From Bugula neritina (taxonomy: Eukaryota; Animalia; Bryozoa), in contig OZ037767.1 in assembly GCA_964035545.1 (NCBI GenBank), forward strand, positions 7,884,581 to 7,948,580: 64,000 nucleotides of DNA, in the 5' to 3' direction. Below, piece by piece: positions 1 to 34,700 of this stretch (position 1 is the first letter of the stretch; every line of letters begins with the position of its first letter). Under the pieces are notes generated by a model. That model saw nothing but the letters and a program-made list of their open reading frames with translations, had not been told where the DNA came from and made no database searches. The translations under genes and the position numbers were made by a program.

Positions 1-206
1 AAGAATGCGACACAGAGACGAAGTTAAAGCTGGCCGCAAGAAGGCTTAGCTCAACAGACACATCGAGTGATGACCTCAAATGCCTCTGCTGTGACCGCAT
101 ATGCAGATTACTGATAGGACTTAGCAGTCATCAAGCTACTCACAAACAGCTGTAGGCAGACATCATACTCTACTTAGAGGGATAGCAAAGAGAGAGAAAG
201 AGAGAG
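1..206 (+). mobile_element. 3' end of an RTE-clade non-LTR retrotransposon (LINE)
   Basis: Frame ending DLKCLCCDRICRLLIGLSSHQATHKQL* resembles the C-terminal C..C.R.C...IGL.SH...H zinc finger of RTE ORFs. It is followed by a short 3' UTR and an (AG)n tail at about 188-206. Confidence 0.7.
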
Positions 207-490
207 GTAAAATTCTATAGTGTCAGCTTCGTTGCTGCAAACATAACGAAACTATGTTAGTGTAGTTATGGCAGATTTATTTAATTCAATTTGATGAACC
301 AAACTTTTTCAGTAAACTGGCATCTGCATGGAAATGCAATTTTTGTCCAATCAATGAATTAAGTCAAAGAATTAACTTGATACGCTGAATCACCTGATCT
401 CCACCATCTTGTTTGAATATTACACTACGTAGGCTACGTCTTGCACAACCTTGTAATTCTGGTAACTAGAATGAAATACCAAGTGATTAC

Positions 491-21440
<20,950 letters not shown>

Positions 21441-21444
<4 letters not shown>

Positions 21445-21452
21445 TCTCCCAT
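21441..21452 (-). promoter_or_regulatory. 3-codon upstream ORF (ATG GGA GAA TGA) whose stop overlaps the gene A start codon
   Basis: The minus strand reads ATGGGAGAATGAAGGTT; the main ATG is 8 nt downstream of the upstream ATG. Confidence 0.5.
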
Positions 21453-22726
21453 CTGTACTCTATTAACATTCAGTGTAAAATAAACTAACAGAGAAAGAAG
21501 AAGAAGAAAGTTAGTCTGTAATAACATTTACTTAAGTAAATACATCATCCCGTTCCTATAACATATTCGAGGAGGTGTTGTATTATAAGGCGTTGTTACA
21601 ATACAAGCTTTTGTTTAAATAGGGAATGTGTTTTTGAATGCAAGCTGAATTTATTCCTTCTATAAATATGCTCAATAGGTATAAAATGTCTTCCACTAAT
21701 TAAATAAATTCATCACAATCCTTTCTCTTGAAGTGTTCTGTTTACAGTGGGTATACAAAAACTCAACAACCTGTGTCAACTGACTAACTAACATTTGTAA
21801 CTAGCAGCATAACTTTTCACACAATAACAGACTTCAAGTTCCTTGTATATATTACAGCAGACAGCAAACATCGAATGTTCTTGCTAGATATTTAAGCATG
21901 TGCTCTATTTTATCATAACTTTTCATAGTCAAATATTTACTATGTGGATTGGGCATTGCTTTTAGTTTGACAAACCACAACCATTATAAATATTGTCAGG
22001 AGTTGTCCTTAAATCATGGTACAAGGTATATGGTTTTTATAGTAATACAAATCTTATGCTAATTCTAAATGTGCAGTATAATGTGTGCCTTCCCCCCCTC
22101 CCCCCTTATTAATAGCCACTAGTGCAATAACTTCAAAACTCAAAGGTTGTATTTGAATAAAAAGTTATTTATTAAAATTCAGAGCAAATGATAACACGCA
22201 GAGCCATAATTGCAAAAGAAATTGAATTGAAAAAGTTCAAAAATGTGTTTATGTTTCTTATTAGTTATTATATGTTTAACGAAGCAACATCAGTCAAAGA
22301 GCTAAACAGTTATATATTTTTGAGCACAATTTGCCTGGTAGTAAATCAAAAAGTAATGTCACTTACATATAAAAGAAATGTTATGTGGTTATGGCATGCA
22401 ATGGTAATTTTCTGTGCGTGTTGCAAAAACAAGTGTCGAAGAAAAGCATGAATCATTGAAATTGCCGAGTATTAGCAAAGATGAAGGGATAAAAGCTTAT
22501 ATATGCAAAAAGTGAAAATAAAAAACTATATAATTTATAAAGTCTTGAGGGTATATAATCATATACATGTATAAAATAATAATGATGCCTATTTGCAATG
22601 TTAGAATTTTAGCAGGTAATAAAATAAGAAGTAATAATAAATGTATTTGGACCTCATTGTAAAGTTAAGAAAACATAAGGTGTAATTTAATATGCTTTCA
22701 CGACCTGCTCTCAGAAAAGATACCAT

Positions 22727-25700
22727 CTAATTAAAGTTGGCATATTCAGCAAAGGAATCAGCATAGTTCTTCAGCACTTGATAGATAAATAAGTATAATC
22801 ATCCTGTAACATAAATTAAACTTAGCGTTAATGTTAATATGCACATAACCATCATCACCGAACTTACAAGCAAGTCACACAAGTTTTCTTGCTGTTGTCA
22901 GTCTTTTTAAGAATGTCTTCTACAGCGCCTCACAGAGACAGAAGAGCTTCTCCCGTAGGGTATTGTTCTGCTGTATCACACCATGCTTTTATTTAAAGGA
23001 TAAAAATTGACTTCTCTACCTGATATAATATGCAAGAAAATGAACTGTATAATATAGCTTGAAAATATTAGATGACATTAAATGACAAGTTAGCCAGTCA
23101 CAGTTGTTTTCTTTTAAATTAACATCGATTTTTTTTATAAAACAATTTTTATGTGTGCTCAAGTGTAGAATAATTACTCAAATTGGTGCACCGCAATAAA
23201 ATCTGAAAAATAAAAATTAATTTATTCTATAATATCATAGTGATCTACATGATCACTTTGAATAATTAAGATATTAGGCTATGAAATATGAATGGTTCTG
23301 TTACCGGAACAGGACAAAGTGCAGATAGGTGAGAAAAAAATGAAATATGAATCTTCTAACTGATATAGCTACTCAATCTGGTTTTATTTAAAGCGACCTA
23401 CAAATCATATGTACTACTTTGCTCTTAAATTTAGGAATTTCAGACACTTATTTTCAATTTGTCAACAAAGTGGAGGATTATTAGTTTACAGTTGCACCAT
23501 TTTGCAGCGCTGAATAAAATATTAAATTGAGTTGTGAAGCATCCTCACTTTTGATGATTGAATCTTCAGGGGTATTATTCTGATGTGCTCTTTCCCTTCA
23601 GCAGTTCTTCTGACCAGAGAAGAAAAGGAAGTTGAAAGGGTAGCCAAGTCAATCATAGGGAAGAAAGGTATCTGAATTATATAATCATCAAATTTTCCAT
23701 TATCATGTTGTTATGCTTATCTATCTAACATGCAGTATAACCATAGACAGGTTTTTCAAATTTGTAAAGCAATTAAACATAATTTTTTTTCTTAAATAAC
23801 TAACTATTGGGAGTATGTTTATGTATAATAAGAATGTATAGGCTTTCATTGACAGCTATAATGTTTACCAAGCTTTGAGTTATAGCTGATCTTCTCTTTG
23901 TTAATACAGAATATTACAGCACATGCAAAATCATGATATATTTTTCATTCTAATATCGAAAGGATGAGTTGATATTTTATTAAGTATATCTTACCTCTGC
24001 ATGCTCCAACTGAACAATCAGCTTAACATCTTGCTCAATAATCAGTTGCCAGAAGTTGCTCAGTGTATTTGATAGTGGGAGTTGAGTTGCAATAAATTGG
24101 TGCTTGCATGTGTAGGACTACAATGAATTATCACTATTAGCAATTAAATTATGTATCAATTTACATATCAATATATTATACCAACTTTTTTCAAAACATA
24201 AGTTTAGATATCTATAAATCAGTGTGTGCTTCAATTAAAGCTAATGAAGGTAAAAAAGTTTACAGCCTAGGTTAGGCGATTTTTTGACAAAAAAATACAC
24301 CTACAGAAACATACTAAATAAAATTAATATAATGTGGTTCTCAAACGTAAATAAAACAGTAGAGTATAGCAGTTTAAATTTCTTATGAGCATGAGAAATA
24401 AGAAAGTTAAAACATTCACAAAAAGAGCTAGTCAAAATAATTGCTGCAATAGGTGCAATTATATGGCTGAATGCTTTCATAAAATTTTAATTTGATTTAG
24501 TAAAATAATTTAAGCAAAGTCAAGCAGTGGTCACTCACAATATCAGACAGAAATCATCAAACTTTTAACCATTAATAAGATTAAGTAACACTCGAAACCA
24601 GCACAGGACCACCCTTGGTAAAGGTGACAACCGGTAAAGAGTAAGTGTTATAATATTAAAATTTCATTTACATTTACAAACACTGCATTTATGTATGATT
24701 CTTGTTCATTGGTAAGGAAAGGCATGTACTTGTCACCTAAAAACATAAAAGCTGTAATTCTAAAAGTGCAAAAGAAATAATGTTGGTTGCATTACTTAAG
24801 TATTTAAGACAACATTCAAAATTGTATTAATCAATATTGCTTTGTTTTTTTACTTTTGAACCTTATAGCACTATTTTAGCATTTATTTACCACAAACTAT
24901 GAGACATGTTTATACTAATTTATAAAATTCAATTTAATTTTGTTTAAAAACACTGAGGGAGTCTTCAAAAATTACAATTGACTTACAAACGAGTGTAGGT
25001 CACAATTAAAGCATTTGATATTGAGCTTTTTCAAAAACTTGAGTAGTGTTTCGGTTTTTCAGAAACACCTTATATTATCTGCATTCATAAACTGTTGCAA
25101 GTATAGATCTTCAACCTCAAGTTTTTAAATAGGTTTACTTACAGGGGAACATGTCAGGGAGCCTGTTCTTTCTTAAGTTGTCTTCTTCTTGAGCTATGAT
25201 GTACTTGAACTGCATACTTTGAAGGCGACTTTCCATGTGCTGTAATTAAATAACACATTTATACGTGCATATATTATATTATGGTATCACTCATGTTTTA
25301 ATGTGGCTACTGTACTGTACAGTTTTTAAATTAATTTTTATGAGAAAAACTTTTGGGAGCCAATTTCGTTGTTAAAAAGCCAATGAAATAACTGCTGTAA
25401 AAGAAAAAAGAATTCATTATATGCTGAAAATACATTATTTAGTGAATTTTTGGCCATTTGGCACTCCATAAAAGACACTAGAAGCTCACTTGTTTAGGTG
25501 TCATTTAAAGTTAGACAACATAGCCTTTAGAAGTCTGGAATTGAGCTTCATGTATTACAACTAGAGAGATAATTATATTTTAAAGCACTATACAAACCTA
25601 TGGAACTCCTGTAGAATGCTGCTAGGCTAATCCTGGGTTTCTCTGTGTTCATATGCATCAATTTTATCATTGATCTCTAAAGGAGAACATTAGAATCCTT

Positions 25701-27199
25701 CAGCTGCCAATGACTCGGCCAGAACTTTATGCAAAAAGAGGTATTGCTGCTAAAACAAAATAAGAAAATTACTGATATAATTAAAAACATGTTTAAAATT
25801 GAAAGGCTATATGATAAAGTAGATATACAATGCATAGCTAAAATTAAACACTTATGTAAATTCATAGCTAGTATTATAAGTTTTTTAAGTATTTTAAGTT
25901 GAACATTTTTTTTTCACACAACTTCATGAAAACTCTGCCTCGTTATACAAGAGTAGTAGATTAGTATAACGTAAGAAGAAGACAGTTTTTAAATCTCACT
26001 GCAATATATGAAGCATTGATGACATCATTCCTTTCTCCTTCTCTTCTAAGCACAACTCTGTGATCATCAGCTAAAACAAATTAATATGTATATAATCATT
26101 GCATCATTTTTAAACAAATTATGCTTTTAGTATTTATATCTTGCATACATAGAGTGAAGAGCCATGCATCACCTTTGAAAACTTGTACAAAATTTTCCAA
26201 GTTATTAAACACATGATTATAGTATATTACAAAAACAGTTATATTTCTAATCTTGAGACAGATAATTTTGTATATATACTGTTGAATGTTGAGTATAAAA
26301 TTATGTTTACGACATGTTTAGGCAGTTGATACTAATTGTTCTTATAGTCATTTTTATACTGGTTTAAATTGGCAAACAAAGATTTTTATTGTACGGCTGT
26401 TATATTTATTTTTATTTTATAAGTTGTTTTTATGGTTTGCATGTGCGCACATATTGCTGACATAGCCTTTGCCATATATATAAATTATAATTTATTGCAA
26501 ATCTAACATGTTATTTATAATAATATGTTGCATACTTATTAAAAATTTACACAATTTTTTTACCAACTGAAATATAATAATTTAGCAATTCAAATATATT
26601 TTTCTAAAAATCAAAGCTTTTCAGACAAAATCAGAAACACAACTCTCAATTAGGATGCATTACAAACATATACTGTGTAACATTGGAACAGTATCAAATC
26701 AATGCTGGTTTGACATGACTCATATAAGATATATTAGTCAACATAATAGCTTTAAATACAGCAATAAGCCTTATTTTTGATATTGAGTATGGCCTTCCGT
26801 TCACAGTTTTTCTTAAAATTTTAAAGGTAATTATGTGCTTTAAAAATTTACAACTTGTAAATGGTAATCACCAACCTATAGGTATGTTAGAGTCAAACCA
26901 AAAGGTCAAAATACATCATCATCCAATATGCTAAAACTAAGCTAACTGTTCTTTAAACTTGCTTTAAACTAGAACTAGTTTAAGTTAGTATATTGCACCT
27001 TTAAATGAGCTACAGTTCAGTACATTACAGTACTGTAATACGTACAGTGCAGTAGTACAGTCAGCATAATAGATTACCAAATCAAAGTGATAGAAACTCA
27101 CATTCCATGTAATGGTGTACTTCCAAGTTTCTCTGCCCAGCTCTTCAGACTTCTCCTTGAATAGATCACTTGTAGCAACTACATCTGGTAGATCTGGCT
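22727..27199 (-). pseudogene. Decayed receptor-type protein tyrosine phosphatase (FN3 exon + partial D1 + D2 domains)
   Basis: Exons: 27102-27199 (FN3 half); 26000-26070 DDHRVVL..NDVINASYI; about 25600-25749 QQYLFLHKVLAE..(2 stops)..QEF; 25143-25239 NLRKNRLPDMFP; 24672-24736 SYINAVFVN; 23995-24117 FIATQLPLSNTLSNFWQLI; 23549-23671; 22868-23019 AWCD..CVTCL (2 stops); 22727-22803 YLFIYQVLKNYADSFAEYANFN* (frameshift at start). The D1 WPD and HCSAG exons are absent. Confidence 0.88.
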
Positions 27200-27404
27200 C
27201 TACAGAAAGTGAGCATCAGCAGCAAATATTAAAATTATACTATAAGCAAATAAAATTAAATCATGGAAAAAAAGTACGCAGCATCAACATAACTGTTTTT
27301 AAACTGATTACAGTTTTTAAGAAATTTGCTATTCAAAGATGAACAGAAATCAAATAAAAATAACAAAAGTGTTTTCTAACTATAGTAGCATTATACAAGA
27401 TACA

Positions 27405-28671
27405 GCTACATCACTTGTGTGTCTAAAATGTTATAATACCAGGCGTTAAGCCTGAAAATAGCCGACCAAAAATAAGCACACCCAGAAATGACAAAGTTCT
27501 CATTGGGATCACTAAAAAATATTGCCATAAAACGAGTCTTGAGTAGGCAAGGAATAATCAGAATCAACAGGAACACCAGCTTTGACATCCTTGATAAGGT
27601 AAGATTGCTGAGCCATGGTTTACATGGCCGCAAAGCAAGAGGACGCCTCTACCATCCGAGAATCAGCAAAAAGCCGGTTACGGTGGGCCAGAGAGCACGG
27701 TAAATAGACAGTGAATGATTAGAGAAAAAGTAATTTTTTCAGATGAATCCATATTTAATGTGAAAAATCATGCTGGAAACTGTTGTGTTAAAAGATACCA
27801 GTATGAGAAATATAGCCGTGAATGTATACTTACAACAATTAAGCACCCTATAATAAGTGTTTTATTCTGGGGTTGTATATAACATCAAAAAGTGCAGGTC
27901 GACTCAGTATTTGGTCTGGAATGATGTTAATACCCAAAAATTTATAGATAATTTCAATGCTAAACTTCTTCCAATTATGAAAAGCTTTTTTTAAGTGAAA
28001 TTTACATATTATTTCAAGATGACGTGCCATGCACCATGCCATGGGGTGACACTAATGAAGAGTAGATGAAAAAGCAGAGGGTCTCAACGCTCAACTGGCC
28101 AACACGAAGCCCTGACTTGAACCCTATAAACAAATTATGGTCAAGAATGGCTAAAATAGTCTCCTCAAAGAAACCAACAACTAAGGTAACACTCATAGAG
28201 CCTGTAATTCATGCATGGCTTCATGTTGTGACTGAAGACGAGTTGAAGAAGCTATACGAGTCGATGCCTCGTCACTGCCGACCTGTGATTTAGAATAAAG
28301 GCTGGCCAACAAAATATTGATACTAAAATTGAGTACACTGTGTGTTGCAATGCTGCTATAAGGTGTATAACAAATCACATATAATGTTTTTCTATATTTT
28401 AAGTAAACTATTCTGATGTCATACAGTACACACACATTGTGAGAGCATCGAGTAATTCCTATATATGAATAGTATCTCATTGTTTCACCCAAATTTTTGG
28501 AGGATGTGAAAAGAGATACTTCTAATTTATGCGAATGAGATAAAAAGATCTTAAGGACCATTTTGATAGGCACCATGTCTATGGAAAGGCTTTAGTTATG
28601 TCTTAAAATTAGCTTAGAACATTGCTTTTATGGAAAACAGGGAGGCGTCCTTAAGCTTTTTCACCGCACTG
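27405..28671 (+). mobile_element. Degenerate Tc1 transposon (DD34E transposase relic, 5' truncated)
   Basis: Fragments VIFSDES, LFWGCI, FQDD, WPTRSPDLNPINKLW and LYESMPR..NKGWPTKY. The right terminus ..tttttcaccgcactg (revcomp CAGTGCGGTGAAAAA) is typical of Tc1. Many stops. The left boundary is approximate. Confidence 0.88.
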
Positions 28672-28901
28672 CATATATATATATATATATATTGTCTAGC
28701 AGTCTGCTATATCAGTGCTAATCTGCCTAATAAAGAGGAAGTTTAAATTATTTCGCATGAATTGATTATATAATTCGATTGTTATAATAGCACTATATAG
28801 TCATTTACTGAGCCGCTGCATTTTGTGTCTGATGGGATATGATCTATACATGTGAATAGTTAATTGCAAGCATTTTCCTTACATTTTTTAAACCATGTTA
28901 A

Positions 28902-29674
28902 AGGATTGCTCAATCTTGGTTTATTACAATCACATTATAATTATGAACTATAATTTAATGTGCATGTATGCAAACAATTGTGACTTTGCAAAGGGATATG
29001 TGCCTAGAAAACAGCTTTTCAAAATTCCAATTTTGAGGGAGGTAAAATTTTCAGCCATGAAAAAGAATAGCCTAATACGTGACGTGTGAACGCCAGTAAC
29101 TATGCTGCACGTGCTAACTATAACGCTAGTATTCAAGGTTGCTGAGCACAATATCAACCAATAACGCTCAAGCAGTTATAGTGCGCTATATAGGTCAACT
29201 TTGGTGCGCCCGTAATATTGCACAATCTGACCTAGTTTAGATCGATCGCAGGCATTCATCCTAAAGAATGCATGCTTTTGCAATGCTTTTTTCTAATGGT
29301 TACAAGCAAAATATAGCCTAACGTTATTACATACATGTTATTTAAAATGTCAAAAAACTATAGATTAAGAGAATTCACATTTGCAATTCTATAAATATAC
29401 AAATTACGAGCTGAAAGATCACATCTCACAGTCATATTTCTATAGTTATTCATTTGTATAGTCACGTGACCAGCAGGAATGCTGGCGCTGTTACGTCACA
29501 GTTCCCAGCTCATTTCAAAATCGACGTTTTGGCTGTTACCAATCTACACCCTCAACTTCAACTAACTTTTTTTACCTTTGGTCAAATGCTTTTTGTCAAT
29601 GCATGCTTAGAAAAACACAATATTATGTGTGTTTAACCTAAATGGCCATTTATTAGACAAGATAGAGCAATCCT
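28902..29674. mobile_element. Non-autonomous TTAA-specific DNA transposon (Kolobok-like)
   Basis: TIRs aggattgctcaatcttg / caagatagagcaatcct (16/17 match), flanked by TTAA on both sides. Absent from the paralogous region at about 56575-56586. Confidence 0.85.
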
Positions 29675-30322
29675 TTAACTATAGATAAAATCGTTTGACT
29701 AACTTACCATAAATGTATTAGTTGTCATCAATTCATGCTATATTTTTTGAGATGTAGAAATTCTGTTGCTAACTAAGACTACAGCCAAAACTCTCACACC
29801 ATAGCAAAGATAATCTCTCATTTTGAAAATTGAACTAATTATTTTGAGTTTGTTTAACATAATAATATTAACAACAAGTAGATCTGGCTAGATGAATTTT
29901 TAGTGAAAAGTGTAATACTTTTTAATCTGAACAACCTACTGATAATTTTAGAAAAGGCTGCTGAAAGGAAAAACCTGTGTAAAAATAATTTTAAAAGCTA
30001 TAAAACAAAATTTATTATCAAACATACAATAAAATTTCCTTTTTATTAGGTGCCATCAAACACTATTTATTTATTGACTTCTCTGCTACAGAAGCACTTT
30101 GTAATTACTAGTTTAACATAGCATTAAGTTGTATATTATATAGTTTCAGTGCAAGTGTGTAATACACGATTGTGAACATAAAAAAATTTATTCTATTGTT
30201 GATAGTGTGATTACAGCTATTTCATCTGGTTAAAATTTTGTTTTTACAATATAATATCAAGCTGATTGCATTAACACATTTAATATTTCTGACAATATAA
30301 TGTTCTAGGAAACAGAAATTTT

Positions 30323-30648
30323 TCATCTGTTGTTGATAATTGCGTAAACATGATCAGAAGGAGCTGGTGGGTCTTGCATTACTTCGTAGCTCACATTTTC
30401 TTTGTCAAATGCTTTATTCATATAAATGGGTTGACTACCAGAATTAGCATCTGTCGGTGGTGCAGCGGGAGAAGAAAAGTCATGGACCAGATCTCCGTTT
30501 CTTGCACCAGCAGCAGCAGTTTCACTAAGATTTCCTGTTTCAAGTCCTGGCTTGTTTCTAGTCAACTTAAACACTATACAGCTGAGTATTACTATTGCCA
30601 CTAAAGCTACTGATAACCCAACTGACAGTCCAATCACTGTAGATACAT
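30323..30648 (-). CDS. Terminal exon of gene B: transmembrane helix and cytoplasmic tail
   Basis: [23 protein letters not shown] followed by KLTRNK (positive-inside). The tail contains IYMN, VSYEVM and HVYAII. Confidence 0.9.
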
Positions 30649-31723
30649 CTACAAGCAGATTTTAAAAACTTACCAAAACACATTGAGTACATAACAGAAG
30701 CATTTTGTTTTGCAGATAATAGAGCATGAACTTTGGTACATGGTGGATTTATGTAAATGGTAAAGGAACTAAAACTGGTTATATTATAATTATTGCTATT
30801 TTAAATACCAGAATAAATATGTACTTAAAATGTACACAACTGTAGAAGATAAGATACTATAATTGTAAGTTAATTTATAAAAACTTCAAGTGCTGCAGTT
30901 GGTGAATTGTTAGTGATTTCGTGATCAAAAATACTTCAATAATTTTTTTCTTATCACACTATTTCAGCTTTTTCAACTTCTATTGCCACAGACACAAGGT
31001 TTTATTTTAGAGGAGTATTTTTGAGTTATACTCCAAACTATTAATTGCAGCAATCTGCCTAATTTGATGTATCTAAAATATTGATTCAATTAAACATGCA
31101 GTTGAAAAAATGGTTTGAATGATGTATATATATGTTTTTTGATTATGGATTATTATTATTGGTGAAAGTATATACTATGTAGAGATATTTGAAGTGTTAT
31201 TTAATCTTGTAATTAAAGCAAATCAATTATTTAAAGACACTAATACTAGGCTTCTTCTGCTCAGACTCACGCAGAATTTACTATTTGAGCAGGTAAAATT
31301 GTATAAGATAAATTAAATTGACAAACCTTTATTTTCTGTATGTTTAGAGTTTATAAAAGCTAGTGGACTTTTGCCAGCATTATTGAAAGCAGCAACAGAA
31401 CACACCACATCAGTTCCAGGACTGAATCCACACATCTCAACTGAGCCGCTTTCATCTGCAGCTGCCAGAACTTTTTGATTATTAGTTTTACGCAAACTTG
31501 TGCAGTTAAACTACAAATTCAACAAAATTAATCAAACTCAATGCTATATAGCGCTTAATTTGCAATTTGATTTACATAAAAAGATATAAATATAAATGTA
31601 TGTGCACGGTATATATATTTATGTATACATACGTAATGTAATTTAAAGGTATTCATGCCTGTTTGTGCAGTTGTGCGTGTGTGTGTGTGTGTGTGCGTGT
31701 GCGTGTGCATGTGCGTGTGCGCG

Positions 31724-31781
<58 letters not shown>

Positions 31782-34700
31782 GCTTGCGCATAACATACCT
31801 GGTATTCCATAATAAGGCCATTATGCTTAAATGGTTTTTTCACCGTAATATCTATGCAGTTTACTGTTGATTCAAGACTGCTAATGTGTGGTGCAGTGTC
31901 GGGTTCTGAAAGTAAAATATGCTATACATCAGTCCTAGTTCGAAACCTATAATAGCAACATCAAAATGGTAAAGCTCATTATTTACTGTAGAATTATTGT
32001 ACTTACTATGACAAAAAACAGGACTCTTCTTTTTAATACATTGAAAAGAATTGATATATTCATACTTATATTATAATGTCTAACACTTCTGCAAAGGGAG
32101 CAATGTATCTACCATATTATATGGTTGTTGTTGTTTCTGTATATAATATGAAAAAAACTTACTTTTTTCAGCTGACAAGACAAAGTTTTTAGTAGTCCTA
32201 GTCTGCCCATCATCGTTCACCGCCGTTACTTCTACTGAGTAATTAGTATAAGGCTGGAATCCAGAATATGTTAAATTGCCATATGTGGCAGCAGAATTGT
32301 TGATAATAGTCTTTGAGCTAAGAACTTCTATGATAATTATTCTGTACTCCAGTAAGCTATCACAGTGATGCTCTGGGGTCTAAAATTTATTAATTTTTTT
32401 ATTCAAACAAAAACTCGAGTGTTAGAATAAACATAATATTGTATTTGAAACATTTTCATATAAATAAGAGACCCAAGATACAAAAACAAAATTAAATATA
32501 TTTCACGCCTATATTGTGAGTTTATGATTTAGTTTTATAGTCTCTTGCACTATAGAAACTGTTAATAATAGCTTAAATATGTTATTTATATTTTTCTGCA
32601 GCTGAAAAATCAATAATAATCAAACCTTTTTTACTATTATTTTCTAATTTCTCTAGAACTTCAAACTGTTCAAATAAGTATAAATATTTGCATTCAGATT
32701 AAGCTACATAGCGCCAATGAAAACAGTTATCTTAGCATAAACAACTGCATTTTCTCAGATCCAGTATATATTTAAAGCACGGCATGTATTGAGAGCCACA
32801 TACTTCCAGAACTTTTTGCGGTATCGTTTTTACCTTAAAATTATGCAAACAGCATTATTTATAATGTAGATCCTATACACTCTTGCTTTCGGATGAGGAA
32901 ATACTGGTATGTTGAATTTAGACAAAAGTAAGATAATATAAACAGCTCAATCACAAACTGGTTAAAGTATACTATGATGATACTTAAATTACATTTTGTG
33001 CTATTCAGCCACATGCAGCTAAAAAACCATTTTCTTGTTACTATGAATTCCAATTTGAAAAAACAAGTATAAAATGATTAGTTCAAATATACTAACTTTC
33101 AGCGAAATGTTTATATTAACGTCTTCAGATTGATCATCTTTTTTCAAGTAACTCCAAGCGATGAACTCAGGGATTGATATGGCTGTAGTGAAGTAAAAAA
33201 ATATCTTATATCTTAATTTCAACTGGCTGAACATATAAGTTTACAAATGTACACTTGATATGAAGAAAGCATGTATATATCATTGTTAGTAATATGATGA
33301 GTGGGAACTCTGTTGCATCACCAATTAAGCAATTATTTCAAGTGCTTAAAAGGTTTTCTATCTCAAAGTGTTTAAATAATTATTTATTAAAATTTGAAAA
33401 ATAGCCAACAGTTGATATATGACAAACCTTTTATTTGCGTGTATTTAGATTTCCAAACCAGTGGACTGATGCCAGCTGTGTTTAGAGCTGCAACAGAACA
33501 TGTCACATTAGTCACTGGGCTGAATCCACACACCTCAACTGAGCCACTTTCATCTTCAGCTGCGTCAGCTGTTGTACTATTTTCTGTACTCAAACTTGTA
33601 CAGTTGACCTAGAAAATTTAAAAAGTAAGTTCATGGTTTAAATGGTTATAAACAATTTTAATAAGCTCTATTATGTGAAGATCAACAACATAGCAAATTA
33701 GTTGTGGCCTGCTAGTTGGCTTACACAATAAAGGTAAGTATGATATTCAAAGATAACAGCACTATAACGCCACTTACATATTTAAATCGTAGGCACACAC
33801 GTGCAAAACTTAACACTAGATGCCTTTACCTGGTACTTTATAATCAGACCATTCGGCTCAGAAGGTTTAATTGTTTTGATTTCTATGCAGCTGGTGGTTG
33901 ACTCAAAAGAAGTAATACTTGGTACTGTCTCAGGCTCTGAAAAACATATCTGACGATTTTTTCATTCCTTTTATAATATATGTATAGTTCATGGTGAGAT
34001 ACAATGTCAAACACTCTATAAGCAGATATGCAGATAAGCTGTACCTACAGCCTAATCTTAATTCAAAATACAGCCACTTGATAATACATGTATTAATAAA
34101 TAGATTGTAAAAAATAACAAAACATTGTTGACTGTGTGGCATGAACTAGTTCAATTTGCAAAACAAAATAAAATAAGACACCGGTCAAGATTTATTGAAA
34201 AAAAAAACATTTTAGTTCACCACACTACATTATATAATGTATTAAATGTAGCATTTAATAATCAACAGCTAATATAGCACTAATTTTTAATACTTTATAT
34301 GGCATTTGTAACAAACTCACTTTTTTCAGCAGACAATACAAACGTTCCATTAGTGCTAGTTTTCCCATCATCATTCACCGCCACCACTTCCACTGAGTAA
34401 GTAGTATAAGGCTTGAAACCACCATATGTTAAATTGCCATGTGTGGCAGAAGAACTGTTGATAATAGCCTCCAAGCTATCATTTTCCTTGATAAGTATTT
34501 TGTACTCCTGTAATCTGCGACAGTAATGTTCTGAAGCCTACAATTTTTACACAATTATGAATATGATATAACTTTTTTGGTAGTGGTGCAAACATAATCA
34601 TATATACCAAGTTTTTTTCTAAATCATAATCACAGACAATTTACTAGGCACTTATTATAGTTGATAGCTATTTTTCTGTTTTGGTAAGGATTGTTGAAAT

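Noticed and set aside
21581-21590. ccttata motif about 145-150 bp upstream of both gene A and gene B starts (also 54251-54260)
   Set aside because: Too short to be significant in AT-rich DNA without TSS data.
27112-27342. Plus-strand [19 protein letters not shown] repeated at 63477
   Set aside because: Antisense shadow of the duplicated minus-strand FN3 exon.
30350-30604. Plus-strand ORF repeated at 57356
   Set aside because: Antisense of the TM/tail exon; its length is not conserved between copies.
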